Assembly: GCF_988243305.1 (NCBI RefSeq) | Contig: NZ_OZ547136.1 | Length of the DNA stretch: 64,000 nucleotides | Reading direction: 5' to 3' (one strand) | Shown: positions 1 through 9,450 of the stretch, one piece after another | Numbering within the stretch: the stretch's first letter is position 1 | How the letters are laid out: each line of letters starts with the position of its first letter | Position numbers and translations under genes: made by a program | The notes under the pieces: generated by a model | Databases searched by the model: none | What the model was told of the DNA's origin: nothing | The model's input: only the letters and a program-made list of their open reading frames with translations

Positions 1-414
1 TATATTGAACAGCATTCTCGCTATCAAAATAAAGCTAATAACATCCAATTAAGATATGATGATAAGCAGTTTCATACAACGGTTATCAAAGATGTTCTAT
101 TATGGATTGAACATAATTTAGATCAGTCTTTACTGCTTGATGATGTGGCGAATAAAGCGGGTTATACCAAGTGGTATTTTCAGCGGCTGTTCAAAAAAGT
201 AACAGGGGTCACACTGGCTAGCTATATTCGTGCTCGTCGTTTGACGAAAGCGGCTGTTGAGTTGAGGTTGACGAAAAAAACTATCCTTGAGATCGCATTA
301 AAATATCAATTTGATTCCCAACAATCTTTTACACGTCGATTTAAGTACATTTTTAAGGTTACACCAAGTTATTATCGGCGTAATAAATTATGGGAATTGG
401 AGGCAATGCACTGA
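1..414 (+). CDS. tetD: TetD of Tn10, a MarA/SoxS/Rob-like AraC-family regulator; only the ATG start codon lies just upstream of the window
   Basis: Frame 1 is open from nt 1 to the stop at 412-414. Two HTH motifs resemble Rob/MarA (GYTKWYFQRLFKKVTG and FDSQQSFTRRFKYIFKVTPSYYRR). The stop codon overlaps the IS10 inside end, as in Tn10. Identity is from recalled homology. Confidence 0.7.
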   Translation, partial: YIEQHSRYQNKANNIQLRYDDKQFHTTVIKDVLLWIEHNLDQSLLLDDVANKAGYTKWYFQRLFKKVTGVTLASYIRARRLTKAAVELRLTKKTILEIALKYQFDSQQSFTRRFKYIFKVTPSYYRRNKLWELEAMH

Positions 415-632
415 GAGATCCCCTCATAATTTCCCCAAAGCGTAACCATGTGTGAATAAATTTTGAGCTAGTAGGGTTGCAGCCACGAGTAAGTCTTCCC
501 TTGTTATTGTGTAGCCAGAATGCCGCAAAACTTCCATGCCTAAGCGAACTGTTGAGAGTACGTTTCGATTTCTGACTGTGAACCGCCCCGGGAATCCTGG
601 AGACTAAACTTCCTGAGAAAGAGGTAAACAGG

Positions 633-959
633 ATGACTAAAAATACTCGTTTTTCCCCCGAAGTCCGTCAACGGGCAGTCCGTATGGTTCTGGAAAGTCA
701 GAGCGAATATGACTCACAATGGGCGACAATTTGTTCCATTGCTCCAAAGATTGGCTGTACGCCGGAGACTCTGCGTGTCTGGGTTCGCCAGCATGAGCGG
801 GATACCGGGGGCGGTGATGGAGGGCTCACCACCGCTGAACGTCAGCGTCTGAAAGAGCTGGAACGTGAAAATCGTGAACTGCGCCGCAGTAACGATATCC
901 TTCGCCAGGCTTCCGCTTATTTTGCGAAGGCGGAGTTCGACCGCCTCTGGAAAAAATGA
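633..959 (+). CDS. IS629-type transposase OrfA (HTH protein)
   Basis: 108-aa ORF with N-terminal HTH and a leucine-zipper-like C-terminus, overlapping orfB; typical IS3-family layout. Confidence 0.85.
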   Translation: MTKNTRFSPEVRQRAVRMVLESQSEYDSQWATICSIAPKIGCTPETLRVWVRQHERDTGGGDGGLTTAERQRLKELERENRELRRSNDILRQASAYFAKAEFDRLWKK

Positions 960-1846
960 TGCCACTGCTGGATAAGCTGCGTGAGCAGTACGGGGTCGGA
1001 CCGCTATGCAGCGAACTGCATATTGCCCCGTCAACGTATTACCACTGTCAGCAACAGCGACATCATCCGGATAAACGCAGTGCCCGTGCGCAGCGCGATG
1101 ACTGGCTGAAGAAAGAGATACAGCGCGTATACGATGAAAATCACAAGGTATACGGTGTGCGTAAAGTCTGGCGTCAGTTGTTACGGGAAGGTATCAGAGT
1201 GGCCAGATGCACTGTGGCACGTCTCATGGCGGTTATGGGACTTGCCGGTGTTCTCCGGGGTAAAAAGGTCCGTACGACCATCAGCCGGAAAGCCGTTGCC
1301 GCAGGCGACCGCGTAAACCGTCAGTTCGTGGCAGAACGACCTGACCAGCTGTGGGTGGCTGATTTTACTTACGTCAGCACATGGCGGGGCTTCGTCTATG
1401 TGGCGTTCATCATTGATGTGTTTGCCGGATACATCGTGGGGTGGCGGGTCTCATCGTCCATGGAAACGACATTCGTGCTGGATGCACTGGAGCAGGCGTT
1501 ATGGGCCCGTCGACCGTCCGGCACGGTCCATCACAGTGATAAAGGTTCTCAGTATGTATCGCTGGCCTACACACAGCGGCTTAAGGAAGCCGGATTACTG
1601 GCATCAACAGGAAGTACAGGCGACTCGTATGACAACGCGATGGCGGAGAGCATCAATGGTCTTTACAAAGCGGAGGTAATACACCGTAAGAGCTGGAAAA
1701 ACCGTGCAGAAGTGGAACTGGCCACACTCACGTGGGTGGACTGGTATAACAATCGACGATTGCTGGAAAGGCTGGGCCATACTCCTCCGGCAGAAGCAGA
1801 AAAAGCTTATTATGCTTCCATCGGAAACGATGATCTGGCAGCCTGA
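956..1846 (+). CDS. IS629-type transposase OrfB (DDE catalytic domain), presumably expressed as an OrfAB fusion by -1 frameshifting
   Basis: 296-aa ORF overlapping the orfA stop by 4 nt, with an A-rich slippery stretch (GGAAAAAATGA) at the junction. Confidence 0.85.
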   Translation: MMPLLDKLREQYGVGPLCSELHIAPSTYYHCQQQRHHPDKRSARAQRDDWLKKEIQRVYDENHKVYGVRKVWRQLLREGIRVARCTVARLMAVMGLAGVLRGKKVRTTISRKAVAAGDRVNRQFVAERPDQLWVADFTYVSTWRGFVYVAFIIDVFAGYIVGWRVSSSMETTFVLDALEQALWARRPSGTVHHSDKGSQYVSLAYTQRLKEAGLLASTGSTGDSYDNAMAESINGLYKAEVIHRKSWKNRAEVELATLTWVDWYNNRRLLERLGHTPPAEAEKAYYASIGNDDLAA

Positions 1847-1891
1847 GTTCACAGATAAAACACTCTCCAGGAAACCCGGGGCGGTTCACTG

Positions 1892-2945
1892 TGTTAGCCT
1901 GGAAGTGCTTGTCCCAACCTTGTTTCTGAGCATGAACGCCCGCAAGCCAACATGTTAGTTGAAGCATCAGGGCGATTAGCAGCATGATATCAAAACGCTC
2001 TGAGCTGCTCGTTCGGCTATGGCGTAGGCCTAGTCCGTAGGCAGGACTTTTCAAGTCTCGGAAGGTTTCTTCAATCTGCATTCGCTTCGAATAGATATTA
2101 ACAAGTTGTTTGGGTGTTCGAATTTCAACAGGTAAGTTAGTTGCTAGAACCCATGGCTCCTTTGCCGACGCTGAGTAGATTTTAGGTGACGGGTGGTGAC
2201 AATGAGTCCGTGTCGAGCGCTGATTTTTTCGGCCTTTAGAGCGAGATTTATACAATAGAATTTGGCATGAGATTGGATTGCTTTTAGTCAGCCTCTTATA
2301 GCCTAAAGTCTTTGAGTGACTAGATGACATATCATGTAAGTTGCTGATAGGTTTCCAGTTTTCCGCTCCTAGGTCTGCATATTGTACTTTTCCTCTTACT
2401 CGACTTAACCAGTACCAACCCAGCTTCTCAACGGATTTATACCATGGCACTTTAAAGCCAGCATCACTGACAATGAGCGGTGTGGTGTTACTCGGTAGAA
2501 TGCTCGCAAGGTCGGCTAGAAATTGGTCATGAGCTTTCTTTGAACATTGCTCTGAAAGCGGGAACGCTTTCTCATAAAGAGTAACAGAACGACCGTGTAG
2601 TGCGACTGAAGCTCGCAATACCATAAGTCGTTTTTGCTCACGAATATCAGACCAGTCAACAAGTACAATGGGCATCGTATTGCCCGAACAGATAAAGCTA
2701 GCATGCCAACGGTATACAGCGAGTCGCTCTTTGTGGAGGTGACGATTACCTAACAATCGGTCGATTCGTTTGATGTTATGTTTTGTTCTCGCTTTGGTTG
2801 GCAGGTTACGGCCAAGTTCGGTAAGAGTGAGAGTTTTACAGTCAAGTAATGCGTGGCAAGCCAACGTTAAGCTGTTGAGTCGTTTTAAGTGTAATTCGGG
2901 GCAGAATTGGTAAAGAGAGTCGTGTAAAATATCGAGTTCGCACAT
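1892..2945 (-). pseudogene. IS10 transposase, 3'-truncated by the IS629 insertion (about 351 native codons retained)
   Basis: The ORF-track protein starts MCELDILHDSLYQFCPELHLKRLNSL (Tn10 transposase N-terminus). The ORF runs on to 1728, so its last ~54 codons are read antisense through IS629 and are not native. Confidence 0.8.
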
Positions 2946-3113
2946 CTTGTTGTCTGATTATTGATTTTTGGCGAAACCATTTGATCATATGACAAGATGT
3001 GTATCTACCTTAACTTAATGATTTTTACCAAAATCATTAGGGGATTCATCAGCCCGCAGCAACTACAGAACGGTAAATAACATTACCCGGGGGAAGCATC
3101 CGGAGGCGAAACA

Positions 3114-3536
3114 ATGAAACTGGCCCTGACGCTGGAAGCCGACAGCATTAACGTGCAGGCACTGAACATGGGGCGCATTGTCGTTGACGTCGATGGTGTT
3201 AATCTCGCTGAACTGTTTAATAAAGTCGCGGAAAATGGTTATTCACTCCGCGTGGTGGATGAGCGTGTCACTACCGAAACACCGGCGACCTCTGCCAGCC
3301 CTCATCAGTTGCCGGAAGACAATACAGTGATACAGAGCGTAATGCCATTAGCCACAGAAACGGCGCTGGATATTCTGATTGTGTGGCTGCAGGACAATAT
3401 CGACTGCGAATCGGGGATTATCTTCGACAACGATGAGGATAAAACGGATTCGGCAGCACTGTTGCCCTGCATTGAACAGGCCAGGGAAGATATCCATACC
3501 CTGCGCCAACTACAGCTTCTGCACCAGAACCGGTAA
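3114..3536 (+). CDS. Hypothetical acidic protein, island cargo (resembles a conserved CP4-type prophage-end family)
   Basis: 140-aa ORF with an upstream GGAGG ribosome-binding site and a terminator hairpin after it. No motif I can assign with confidence. Confidence 0.5.
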   Translation: MKLALTLEADSINVQALNMGRIVVDVDGVNLAELFNKVAENGYSLRVVDERVTTETPATSASPHQLPEDNTVIQSVMPLATETALDILIVWLQDNIDCESGIIFDNDEDKTDSAALLPCIEQAREDIHTLRQLQLLHQNR

Positions 3537-3564
3537 ATATTACTCACCATACTTCATTCCACTG

Positions 3565-3598
3565 ACGCCAGCCTGAACAGGGCTGGCGTTTTCATTTA
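3565..3598 (+). terminator. Rho-independent terminator after the 140-aa ORF
   Basis: Stem ACGCCAGCC / GGCTGGCGT with a 7-nt loop, followed by TTTTCATTT. Confidence 0.6.
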
Positions 3599-3620
3599 TC
3601 TGCAAAAAGGAAAAACGATT

Positions 3621-4463
3621 ATGTCTGAAATCACAGTCTCCCGTCCGGAAGTGGTCAACGGACATACGGACGTTATCTGCTCAACCTCAGTCAGCCACAT
3701 TCTGGCTGTACGAAAGAGTACACTGTTGCAAATCGACATACTTATCCGGCAACTGGCTGAAATCTCAGCAATGACAGAAAGTATTGGCGGTAAAACCGCA
3801 CTGGACTGGGCCATGAAACAGGATTTTCGCTGCGGCTGCTGGCTCATGGAGAAACCTGAAACGGCAATGAAAGCCATTACCCGCAACCTTGACCGTGAAA
3901 TCTGGCGTGACCTGATGCAACGCTCCGGGATGCTGTCATTAATGGATGCGCAGACCCGTGATACATGGTACCGGTCACTGGAGTACGATAATTTTCCGGA
4001 AATCAGTGAAGCGAACATTATGAGCACATTTGAACAACTGCACCAGAATAAGGATGAGGTGTTTGAGCGGGGAGTGATTAACGTCTTCAGGGGACTGAGC
4101 TGGAATTATAAAACCAACTCTCCCTGTAAATTTGGCAGTAAAATTATCGTCAACAATCTGGTGAGATGGGGCCGGTGGGGATTTCATCTTATCACCGGAC
4201 CACAGACTGACCGGGTTGCCGACCTGGAAAGGATGCTGCATCTCTTCAGTGGCATCCCCACTCCCGACAACCGGGAAAATATCATAATTCGTCTGGATGA
4301 GCATATCCGGTCTGTTCAGGGTAAAGAGTACTATGAAGACGAAATGTTTATCATTAAATACTTTAAGAAGGGATCTGCACACATCACTTTCAAAAGGCTG
4401 GAACTGATTGACAGAATTAACGATATAATAGTCAGGCACTTTCCTTCTGTGCTCTCAGCCTGA
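3621..4463 (+). CDS. Hypothetical protein, island cargo (possibly DUF4942-like, commonly found at island termini)
   Basis: 280-aa ORF with ribosome-binding site AAAGGA upstream. No clear catalytic motif; family assignment is from memory only. Confidence 0.5.
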   Translation: MSEITVSRPEVVNGHTDVICSTSVSHILAVRKSTLLQIDILIRQLAEISAMTESIGGKTALDWAMKQDFRCGCWLMEKPETAMKAITRNLDREIWRDLMQRSGMLSLMDAQTRDTWYRSLEYDNFPEISEANIMSTFEQLHQNKDEVFERGVINVFRGLSWNYKTNSPCKFGSKIIVNNLVRWGRWGFHLITGPQTDRVADLERMLHLFSGIPTPDNRENIIIRLDEHIRSVQGKEYYEDEMFIIKYFKKGSAHITFKRLELIDRINDIIVRHFPSVLSA

Positions 4464-4574
4464 TCCCGAGTGTGATTCCCTTTCGATATCAAAAGGGACT
4501 GCGGGTATAATTGAGGGTACATTTTTAATCAAACCAAACAAATCAGATTAATATCAATATGATAAAAGAAATTT

Positions 4575-4597
4575 TCGATTCCGAGTCCGGCACCACT
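4575..4597 (+). repeat. Copy of the 3' end of tRNA-Phe: attR-like direct repeat marking the right boundary of a pheV-integrated island
   Basis: TTCGATTCCGAGTCCGGCACCA matches the last 23 nt of E. coli tRNA-Phe (TTCGATTCCGAGTCCGGGCACCA) with one G missing. No upstream tRNA body is present. Confidence 0.75.
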
Positions 4598-4609
4598 AAT
4601 TCTTAAGAA

Positions 4610-4637
4610 CCCGCCCACAAGGCGGGTTTTTGCTTTT
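4610..4637 (+). terminator. Rho-independent terminator (the displaced native pheV terminator)
   Basis: Stem CCCGCC / GGCGGG with a 5-nt loop, followed by TTTTTGCTTTT, directly after the tRNA 3' fragment. Confidence 0.7.
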
Positions 4638-4743
4638 GGATCTGACAATAACCTTCACGAAAAAACTTAGCTTATAAGGTCTGGGGGAATTACTCTCGCC
4701 ACGTTAACGAGAGTAATTTTATTGATATTAATCTCCTGATACT

Positions 4744-5280
4744 TTACCCCCGTCCAAACTCCAGCCGCTGCACATTCACCATCCCAGGCTTCTCAGCAGC
4801 ACTGACATCAATTTGTGTCACCCGCAGCGCATATTTTTCATCCAGTGCGTTTAACCATTTCAGAAGGTCATTAAACACCACAGGTTCTATCCAGACCTGA
4901 ATATTCTCCCCACGCTCGGCTATCCGCTTGATGACCACCGAGTGCGCGGAAGCACTGTCACTGATGACCCGCGATACCTGCGCAGGCGTTGTTGTGGCAG
5001 ATTTTCGCGCTGCAATAATATCCGGCGCGGCGCTCTTCAGTCGGGTGTTCATTGCCACCAGCTGCTGCAACATCGTCTCCTGTTGTTCTATCCGTTCGCT
5101 CAACGGCTGCCAGATGAGGACGTAATATCCGGCGCTAAACAGGAACACCGCCGCTGCCAGTAACATGCCTTTTTCACGCGGAGAACGCCCCGCCAGGTGT
5201 TGTGTCAGCCAGTGTTCGCCACGGCTTAACTGGCGTTCACGCCATTGCTGAAAATAGTGAATAAATTTATCGCGTAACAT
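4744..5280 (-). CDS. gspM: T2SS-beta inner-membrane protein GspM (YghD in K-12)
   Basis: 178-aa ORF with a single transmembrane segment, last gene of the gsp cluster. Gene order and size match GspM. Confidence 0.85.
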   Translation of the reverse strand: MLRDKFIHYFQQWRERQLSRGEHWLTQHLAGRSPREKGMLLAAAVFLFSAGYYVLIWQPLSERIEQQETMLQQLVAMNTRLKSAAPDIIAARKSATTTPAQVSRVISDSASAHSVVIKRIAERGENIQVWIEPVVFNDLLKWLNALDEKYALRVTQIDVSAAEKPGMVNVQRLEFGRG

Positions 5281-5281
5281 G

Positions 5282-6460
5282 TTATTTCCTCCGCAACGTT
5301 ACGCCGCCGGAAACCGCATCACCCTCTTTCTGTAACGCGTCCTGTTGCACAACATAATCTGCCGCCAGTGCGCTACGCAGTTTGTCGAAGCTGGCAAAGT
5401 TTGCAGCCCGTAGCTGAAGGTGAAGCGTCTGGCGTTTTTGATCAAAGGTGAAACCACGCATTTCGATGTCGGTAAGTGACGCTGATTTCAGGGTACTGGC
5501 GATCGCTGACAATTCTGCGAGCAGCCGGGTATCGTCGGCCTGCGGGCGATATTTTTTCAGCGCCATCGTCACCTGGGAACGCAAATTCACAATCCGCTTC
5601 TGCTCCGGGAACAGTGTTAAGAACTTTTTTTCCGCCTGGGTGCGGCTTTGCGCCACCTGTTCGCTGACGCTCCATAACGTCACGCCCCGTTCCACTACCA
5701 GCGCAACCAGAATCAGCAATATCGGCAGAATCATCACCCGCCAGCGCGCCCACTGTTTTCGGTAGCTGACACGAGGCTGCCACGGCCCTGTTAGCAGGTT
5801 CCCTTCCGGTTCGCCATAAGTGGTAATGGCTGGCAGAGCCGTAACGGTCAGGCGTTCGGCGTCCGCACCAGCCCATGCAGATAGTTCTTCCGGTGCAATG
5901 CCGACCACGGTTAGCGAAAGCGGTAAATTCTGCTCATTGAGCTGTGCACGGAACATGACCGGAGCCAGCGCCCGCCCGGCGCTCCATCCCCGGCATTCAT
6001 CGATGCGGCAGATAACCCGTTGCGCATCGCCAGCCATAAACCCACAAGGAATGGACATCCAGTCTGGCGCGACGGTAGCGCGGGTGATGCCGTTTGCCTG
6101 CAACCATTGCGCAATGTTGCGCATATGCTGCTGGTGAATCACAGCTACGGTTGCCAGTTGCTGGTCGATTTTCAACGGGGCGAAATGCAGTTCATCGATA
6201 TCCTGGTTCAGCTCTTCTTCCAGCAAGGCGGGCAGAATCGTCGGTATCTGCTTACGGGGCACATCAGGCAGTTCAACCTGCCAGACGCTGATCCATTCGC
6301 CGGGAATATAGAGTCGAATCGCATCAGTTTGCAGCCATTGCTGGAGACATTCATCAGCAACGTCAGGCCAGATGCCGCACTCCACGTCGGGTGTACGGCG
6401 CTGCCAGCGGATGGGATCAGCGGCGCAAAGCGGGAAAAAAATCTCAAGCATGGAACTCAC
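5282..6460 (-). CDS. gspL: T2SS-beta protein GspL
   Basis: 392-aa ORF between gspK and gspM with a central transmembrane segment. Confidence 0.85.
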   Translation of the reverse strand: MSSMLEIFFPLCAADPIRWQRRTPDVECGIWPDVADECLQQWLQTDAIRLYIPGEWISVWQVELPDVPRKQIPTILPALLEEELNQDIDELHFAPLKIDQQLATVAVIHQQHMRNIAQWLQANGITRATVAPDWMSIPCGFMAGDAQRVICRIDECRGWSAGRALAPVMFRAQLNEQNLPLSLTVVGIAPEELSAWAGADAERLTVTALPAITTYGEPEGNLLTGPWQPRVSYRKQWARWRVMILPILLILVALVVERGVTLWSVSEQVAQSRTQAEKKFLTLFPEQKRIVNLRSQVTMALKKYRPQADDTRLLAELSAIASTLKSASLTDIEMRGFTFDQKRQTLHLQLRAANFASFDKLRSALAADYVVQQDALQKEGDAVSGGVTLRRK

Positions 6461-7434
6461 TCACTTTCTCCTGTCTGATGCCAGAGAACAGAAAAGTGTT
6501 GTGGGCCCATGCGGACAATTAACGAATTCATCGTCAGTTCAATCTCATTCACGGTGATATCTGAACGCAGCCAGAAGTAATTGCTGTCCACGCTCAGGAC
6601 GGTTTTTAGCTGTTTTTTAGTACGCTCATCGACGTCTGCAAGTAGCGGCTGAGCAAGAAACTGATCGACATCTTCCCAGCCCTTCGCCGGACGTTGTTGT
6701 AATAATGCCCGCGCCTGAACAGGGCTTAACCACGGGTCAAACAGCGCCTCAAGAATCACACTTTGCGTGACGTCTAAGGTATTGATGTTGATTTGCTGGC
6801 GGGTCATCGGCAGCGCACAGACCAGCGGTTTCAGTTTTTGATAAAGTCCGGCGTCCATTCCCTGCACCACGCGCATCTCGCTGATATCCGCCAGCGGTTG
6901 ATTAGCGGCGTAGAACGGCACCGAGCGGGCGAGATACTCGCTGTCTTCACGACCCAGACGCGTCTGCACGCTGCGGTCTTCGTCAATAAACTCCCACAGG
7001 CTTTCGGCTATCAGTTCGGCCCGATAAGCAGGTACATCAAGGCGCGAGATCAGGGCAATCAGTTGTTGTACCGCGAGCGGACGCGACGCCGTCGTCGGCT
7101 GAGCGAGGGCATTCAGGTTAAAGCAGGCCTGTGCGTCACGCAGAGTGACGGCGATTTGCCCCTGCGGCAGTGGGAAAAAACGAGGGCCGGAAGCCCACGG
7201 CTGCGCCAGATGCACGCGCTTTTCATTTTTCAGGCTCAGACTGAGTGCGCTCAACGCCAGGCTTTCTGCACTGGCGCTGTACCACAGCGCCTGCTGGTAC
7301 TCCTGCTGGCTGCGGGTTCGCCCAAGTTGTTGCTGCATCCGCCCGGAAAGCGTGATGGTTACCAGCATCATAACCGCCAGCAATACCAGCACCACAACCA
7401 GTGCCATTCCGCGTTTTGGTGGTGAGGTGATCAT
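6457..7434 (-). CDS. gspK: T2SS-beta minor pseudopilin GspK
   Basis: 325-aa ORF with N-terminal hydrophobic prepilin-like segment; overlaps gspL by 4 nt. Confidence 0.85.
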   Translation of the reverse strand: MITSPPKRGMALVVVLVLLAVMMLVTITLSGRMQQQLGRTRSQQEYQQALWYSASAESLALSALSLSLKNEKRVHLAQPWASGPRFFPLPQGQIAVTLRDAQACFNLNALAQPTTASRPLAVQQLIALISRLDVPAYRAELIAESLWEFIDEDRSVQTRLGREDSEYLARSVPFYAANQPLADISEMRVVQGMDAGLYQKLKPLVCALPMTRQQININTLDVTQSVILEALFDPWLSPVQARALLQQRPAKGWEDVDQFLAQPLLADVDERTKKQLKTVLSVDSNYFWLRSDITVNEIELTMNSLIVRMGPQHFSVLWHQTGESE

Positions 7435-8036
7435 GATAATTGCGGCCCGCGTAACAACCAGATGCGTTCAATTTCGCCCCATTGCAGCGAATGCAGGGTT
7501 ATGCGTACCGCCACGGGGATCGCCTGTACTGACGACCAGCTCTCCTGCCAGCGCGTGCCGTCGTAGAACTGCAAACGGAGCGAATCCGCCGGAATCAACT
7601 TTTGCATTGTCGGCTTCACGCTGCCTGCTGCGTCGGTCAGCGGCCAGGCTAACCGTTCGAGATAACCGTCATGAATGCGGTAACCGACGGTGAGCAGATT
7701 ACTGCGCGGCAGACGCATCAACGGATTAACCACACCGCCGCGCACAAAGCGCATCCCTTCACTCTCAGACGCCAGTACGCCAGCGCCCGCCAGTAACGCT
7801 GGTTCACGCTGGCCCTGATTGCCTCTTACCGGACGCGGCATCATTTGTGTCAGATCGTGGGTCAGAAAACTCATCGTTTGCTGCATGAGGTTTAGTTTTT
7901 GATCGTGTCCGGCGACGGCGCTATTCACGCGTGTGACGCCGTTAGTCACCTGCTGCGCCATCAGTGCCAGCGAGGCAAAAATGGCAATTGCCACCAGCAT
8001 TTCCAGTAACGTGAAACCAGCGCGAGCCCTTCTCAC
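7431..8036 (-). CDS. gspJ: T2SS-beta minor pseudopilin GspJ
   Basis: 201-aa ORF with prepilin motif GFTLLEMLVAIAIF. Confidence 0.85.
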   Translation of the reverse strand: MRRARAGFTLLEMLVAIAIFASLALMAQQVTNGVTRVNSAVAGHDQKLNLMQQTMSFLTHDLTQMMPRPVRGNQGQREPALLAGAGVLASESEGMRFVRGGVVNPLMRLPRSNLLTVGYRIHDGYLERLAWPLTDAAGSVKPTMQKLIPADSLRLQFYDGTRWQESWSSVQAIPVAVRITLHSLQWGEIERIWLLRGPQLS

Positions 8037-8404
8037 TGTTGGCCTCCCACGGCGCTAAACCAGGCGCGTCGTGACTGAATAACCGGCGAAAAATCTTCGT
8101 GACGGCTGACTTCAATATCCACCGCCTGAAGTAGCGCGTTACCTGTATTCAGCGGTGTGGTTCGCCAGTACCAGCGGCTTCCTGCCATATCGCTCTCGCC
8201 CTGATGGCTGACCGCCCGCTGCTCGCGGGTCATCAGGTAGAGCAGCGCGGTCTGGTTTTCAGCCACCCACCCCGCTACCGTTTTTTCCTCAAGAACGTGC
8301 TGATTACTCAGCGCGCCGCTGGCAATCTGTAACACCGCCGTGGCAGCCAGCGCAAAAATCGCCAGCGCGAGCATCACTTCCAGCAAGGTAAATCCACGCT
8401 TCAT
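8033..8404 (-). CDS. gspI: T2SS-beta minor pseudopilin GspI
   Basis: 123-aa ORF with prepilin motif GFTLLEVMLALAIF. Confidence 0.85.
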   Translation of the reverse strand: MKRGFTLLEVMLALAIFALAATAVLQIASGALSNQHVLEEKTVAGWVAENQTALLYLMTREQRAVSHQGESDMAGSRWYWRTTPLNTGNALLQAVDIEVSRHEDFSPVIQSRRAWFSAVGGQQ

Positions 8405-8964
8405 GGCATCCTCTCATCACATTGACTGAGGGATAACGCGCCATCGTGTGCCAGTTTTACCGCCCAACATGCGTTTTGCGCCGCCGAGTAGAAGCGCAGC
8501 GTAAACGGCGTGGCGGGTTCAAAAGGCGAAAAACGGATCTGCGGCGTCTTCTTTTTCGCCTCTTTTTGCAGCTCCAGTTCAATATCGTGCAGCGTCAGGC
8601 GACGACGCTGCAGTTCCAGCGCATACTCCTTCTGCCAGATATCACTGCCGGGTTGTAACAGCATCTGCACCTGTTTTGGCACCGTAACCTGTGCCGATAA
8701 GCGGGTCGCAGAAACGGGCAACCACTGCCCGTGACGACGCTGCATAAACTGATAGCCAGGAGGATCGATTAGTACACCGAGTGTTTGCCCTTCGATCACT
8801 GCCCTGTCCTTAAACTGCGCAAAGCGAGTCAGAAAATCCTGCGCCACTTTTTTCGCAGGCGGCTCTGAAGCGGTCGCAAACGTCTGTACCACGCCCGCAC
8901 TGGCAAGGCCGATAAGGAAAATCACCAGCATGATTTCCAGAAGTGTGAATCCGCGTTCAGGCAC
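8401..8964 (-). CDS. gspH: T2SS-beta minor pseudopilin GspH
   Basis: 187-aa ORF with prepilin motif GFTLLEIMLVIFLIG. Confidence 0.85.
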   Translation of the reverse strand: MPERGFTLLEIMLVIFLIGLASAGVVQTFATASEPPAKKVAQDFLTRFAQFKDRAVIEGQTLGVLIDPPGYQFMQRRHGQWLPVSATRLSAQVTVPKQVQMLLQPGSDIWQKEYALELQRRRLTLHDIELELQKEAKKKTPQIRFSPFEPATPFTLRFYSAAQNACWAVKLAHDGALSLSQCDERMP

Positions 8965-8967
8965 TGA

Positions 8968-9450
8968 TTACTGAAACTCCTGCAAATTCCAGTTACCGAT
9001 ATCTGCGCCAGCGCCCTCCCCGTTTTCCTGACCATCTGCCCCCAGGGTATAAACATCAAACAGCCCTTTTTCACCCGGGCTGAGATACTGATAATCATTG
9101 CCCCACGGATCTTTTGGCAGTCGTTTAATGTATCCACCAGTACGGTAGTTGCGGGAGTCCGCCATATTGGCCGGTTGCTGGATCAGCGCCTCCAGCCCCT
9201 GTTCTGTGGTCGGATAACGCCCGTTATCCAGTCGGTACATATCCAGCGCGTTCTCCAGCGCCACGATATCGCTGATGGCTTTTTGCCGATCCGCTTTCTC
9301 TTTATTGCCCAACAGGTTAGGCACCACCAGACTTGCCAGGACGCCAAGAATAACAATCACCACCATCACTTCCAGCAGGGTAAAACCTGCCCGTGGTTTT
9401 TGTGTGCGGGATAACGAATTCATGTGATAACTCCGTAAATTACATTCCAA
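8968..9450 (-). CDS. gspG: T2SS-beta major pseudopilin GspG (true start probably the internal Met at about 9423)
   Basis: Prepilin leader followed by GFTLLEVMVVIVILGVLASLVVPNL and a conserved C-terminus ending DIGNWNLQEFQ. Confidence 0.9.
   Translation of the reverse strand: MECNLRSYHMNSLSRTQKPRAGFTLLEVMVVIVILGVLASLVVPNLLGNKEKADRQKAISDIVALENALDMYRLDNGRYPTTEQGLEALIQQPANMADSRNYRTGGYIKRLPKDPWGNDYQYLSPGEKGLFDVYTLGADGQENGEGAGADIGNWNLQEFQ

Larger units (their letters stand above)
579..1888 (+). mobile_element. IS629/IS1203-type IS3-family insertion sequence (1310 bp), nested in IS10
   Basis: Terminal inverted repeats TGAACCGCCCCGGG ... CCCGGGGCGGTTCA. 3-bp target duplication CTG at 576-578 and 1889-1891. 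Contains orfA and orfB in the -1 frame arrangement. Confidence 0.85.
411..3052 (-). mobile_element. IS10 (IS10-Right of Tn10), interrupted by a nested IS629-type insertion
   Basis: Inside end CTGAGAGATCCCCTCATAATTTCCCC at 411; outside end reverse-complement CTGATGAATCCCCTAATGATTTTGGTAAAAATCATTAAG ending about 3052. Total length minus the 1313-bp insertion is about 1329 bp. No 9-bp direct repeat flanks it, as expected for the tetD-proximal inside end. Confidence 0.85.

Noticed and set aside
1728..1891. C-terminal 54 residues of the 405-aa ORF as a genuine transposase domain
   Set aside because: This segment lies inside IS629 on the opposite strand to orfB. The near-native ORF length is coincidental.
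4575..4597. Possible tRNA gene
   Set aside because: Only the last 22 nt of tRNA-Phe are present, with no D or anticodon arms upstream. It is an att-site repeat, not a functional tRNA.
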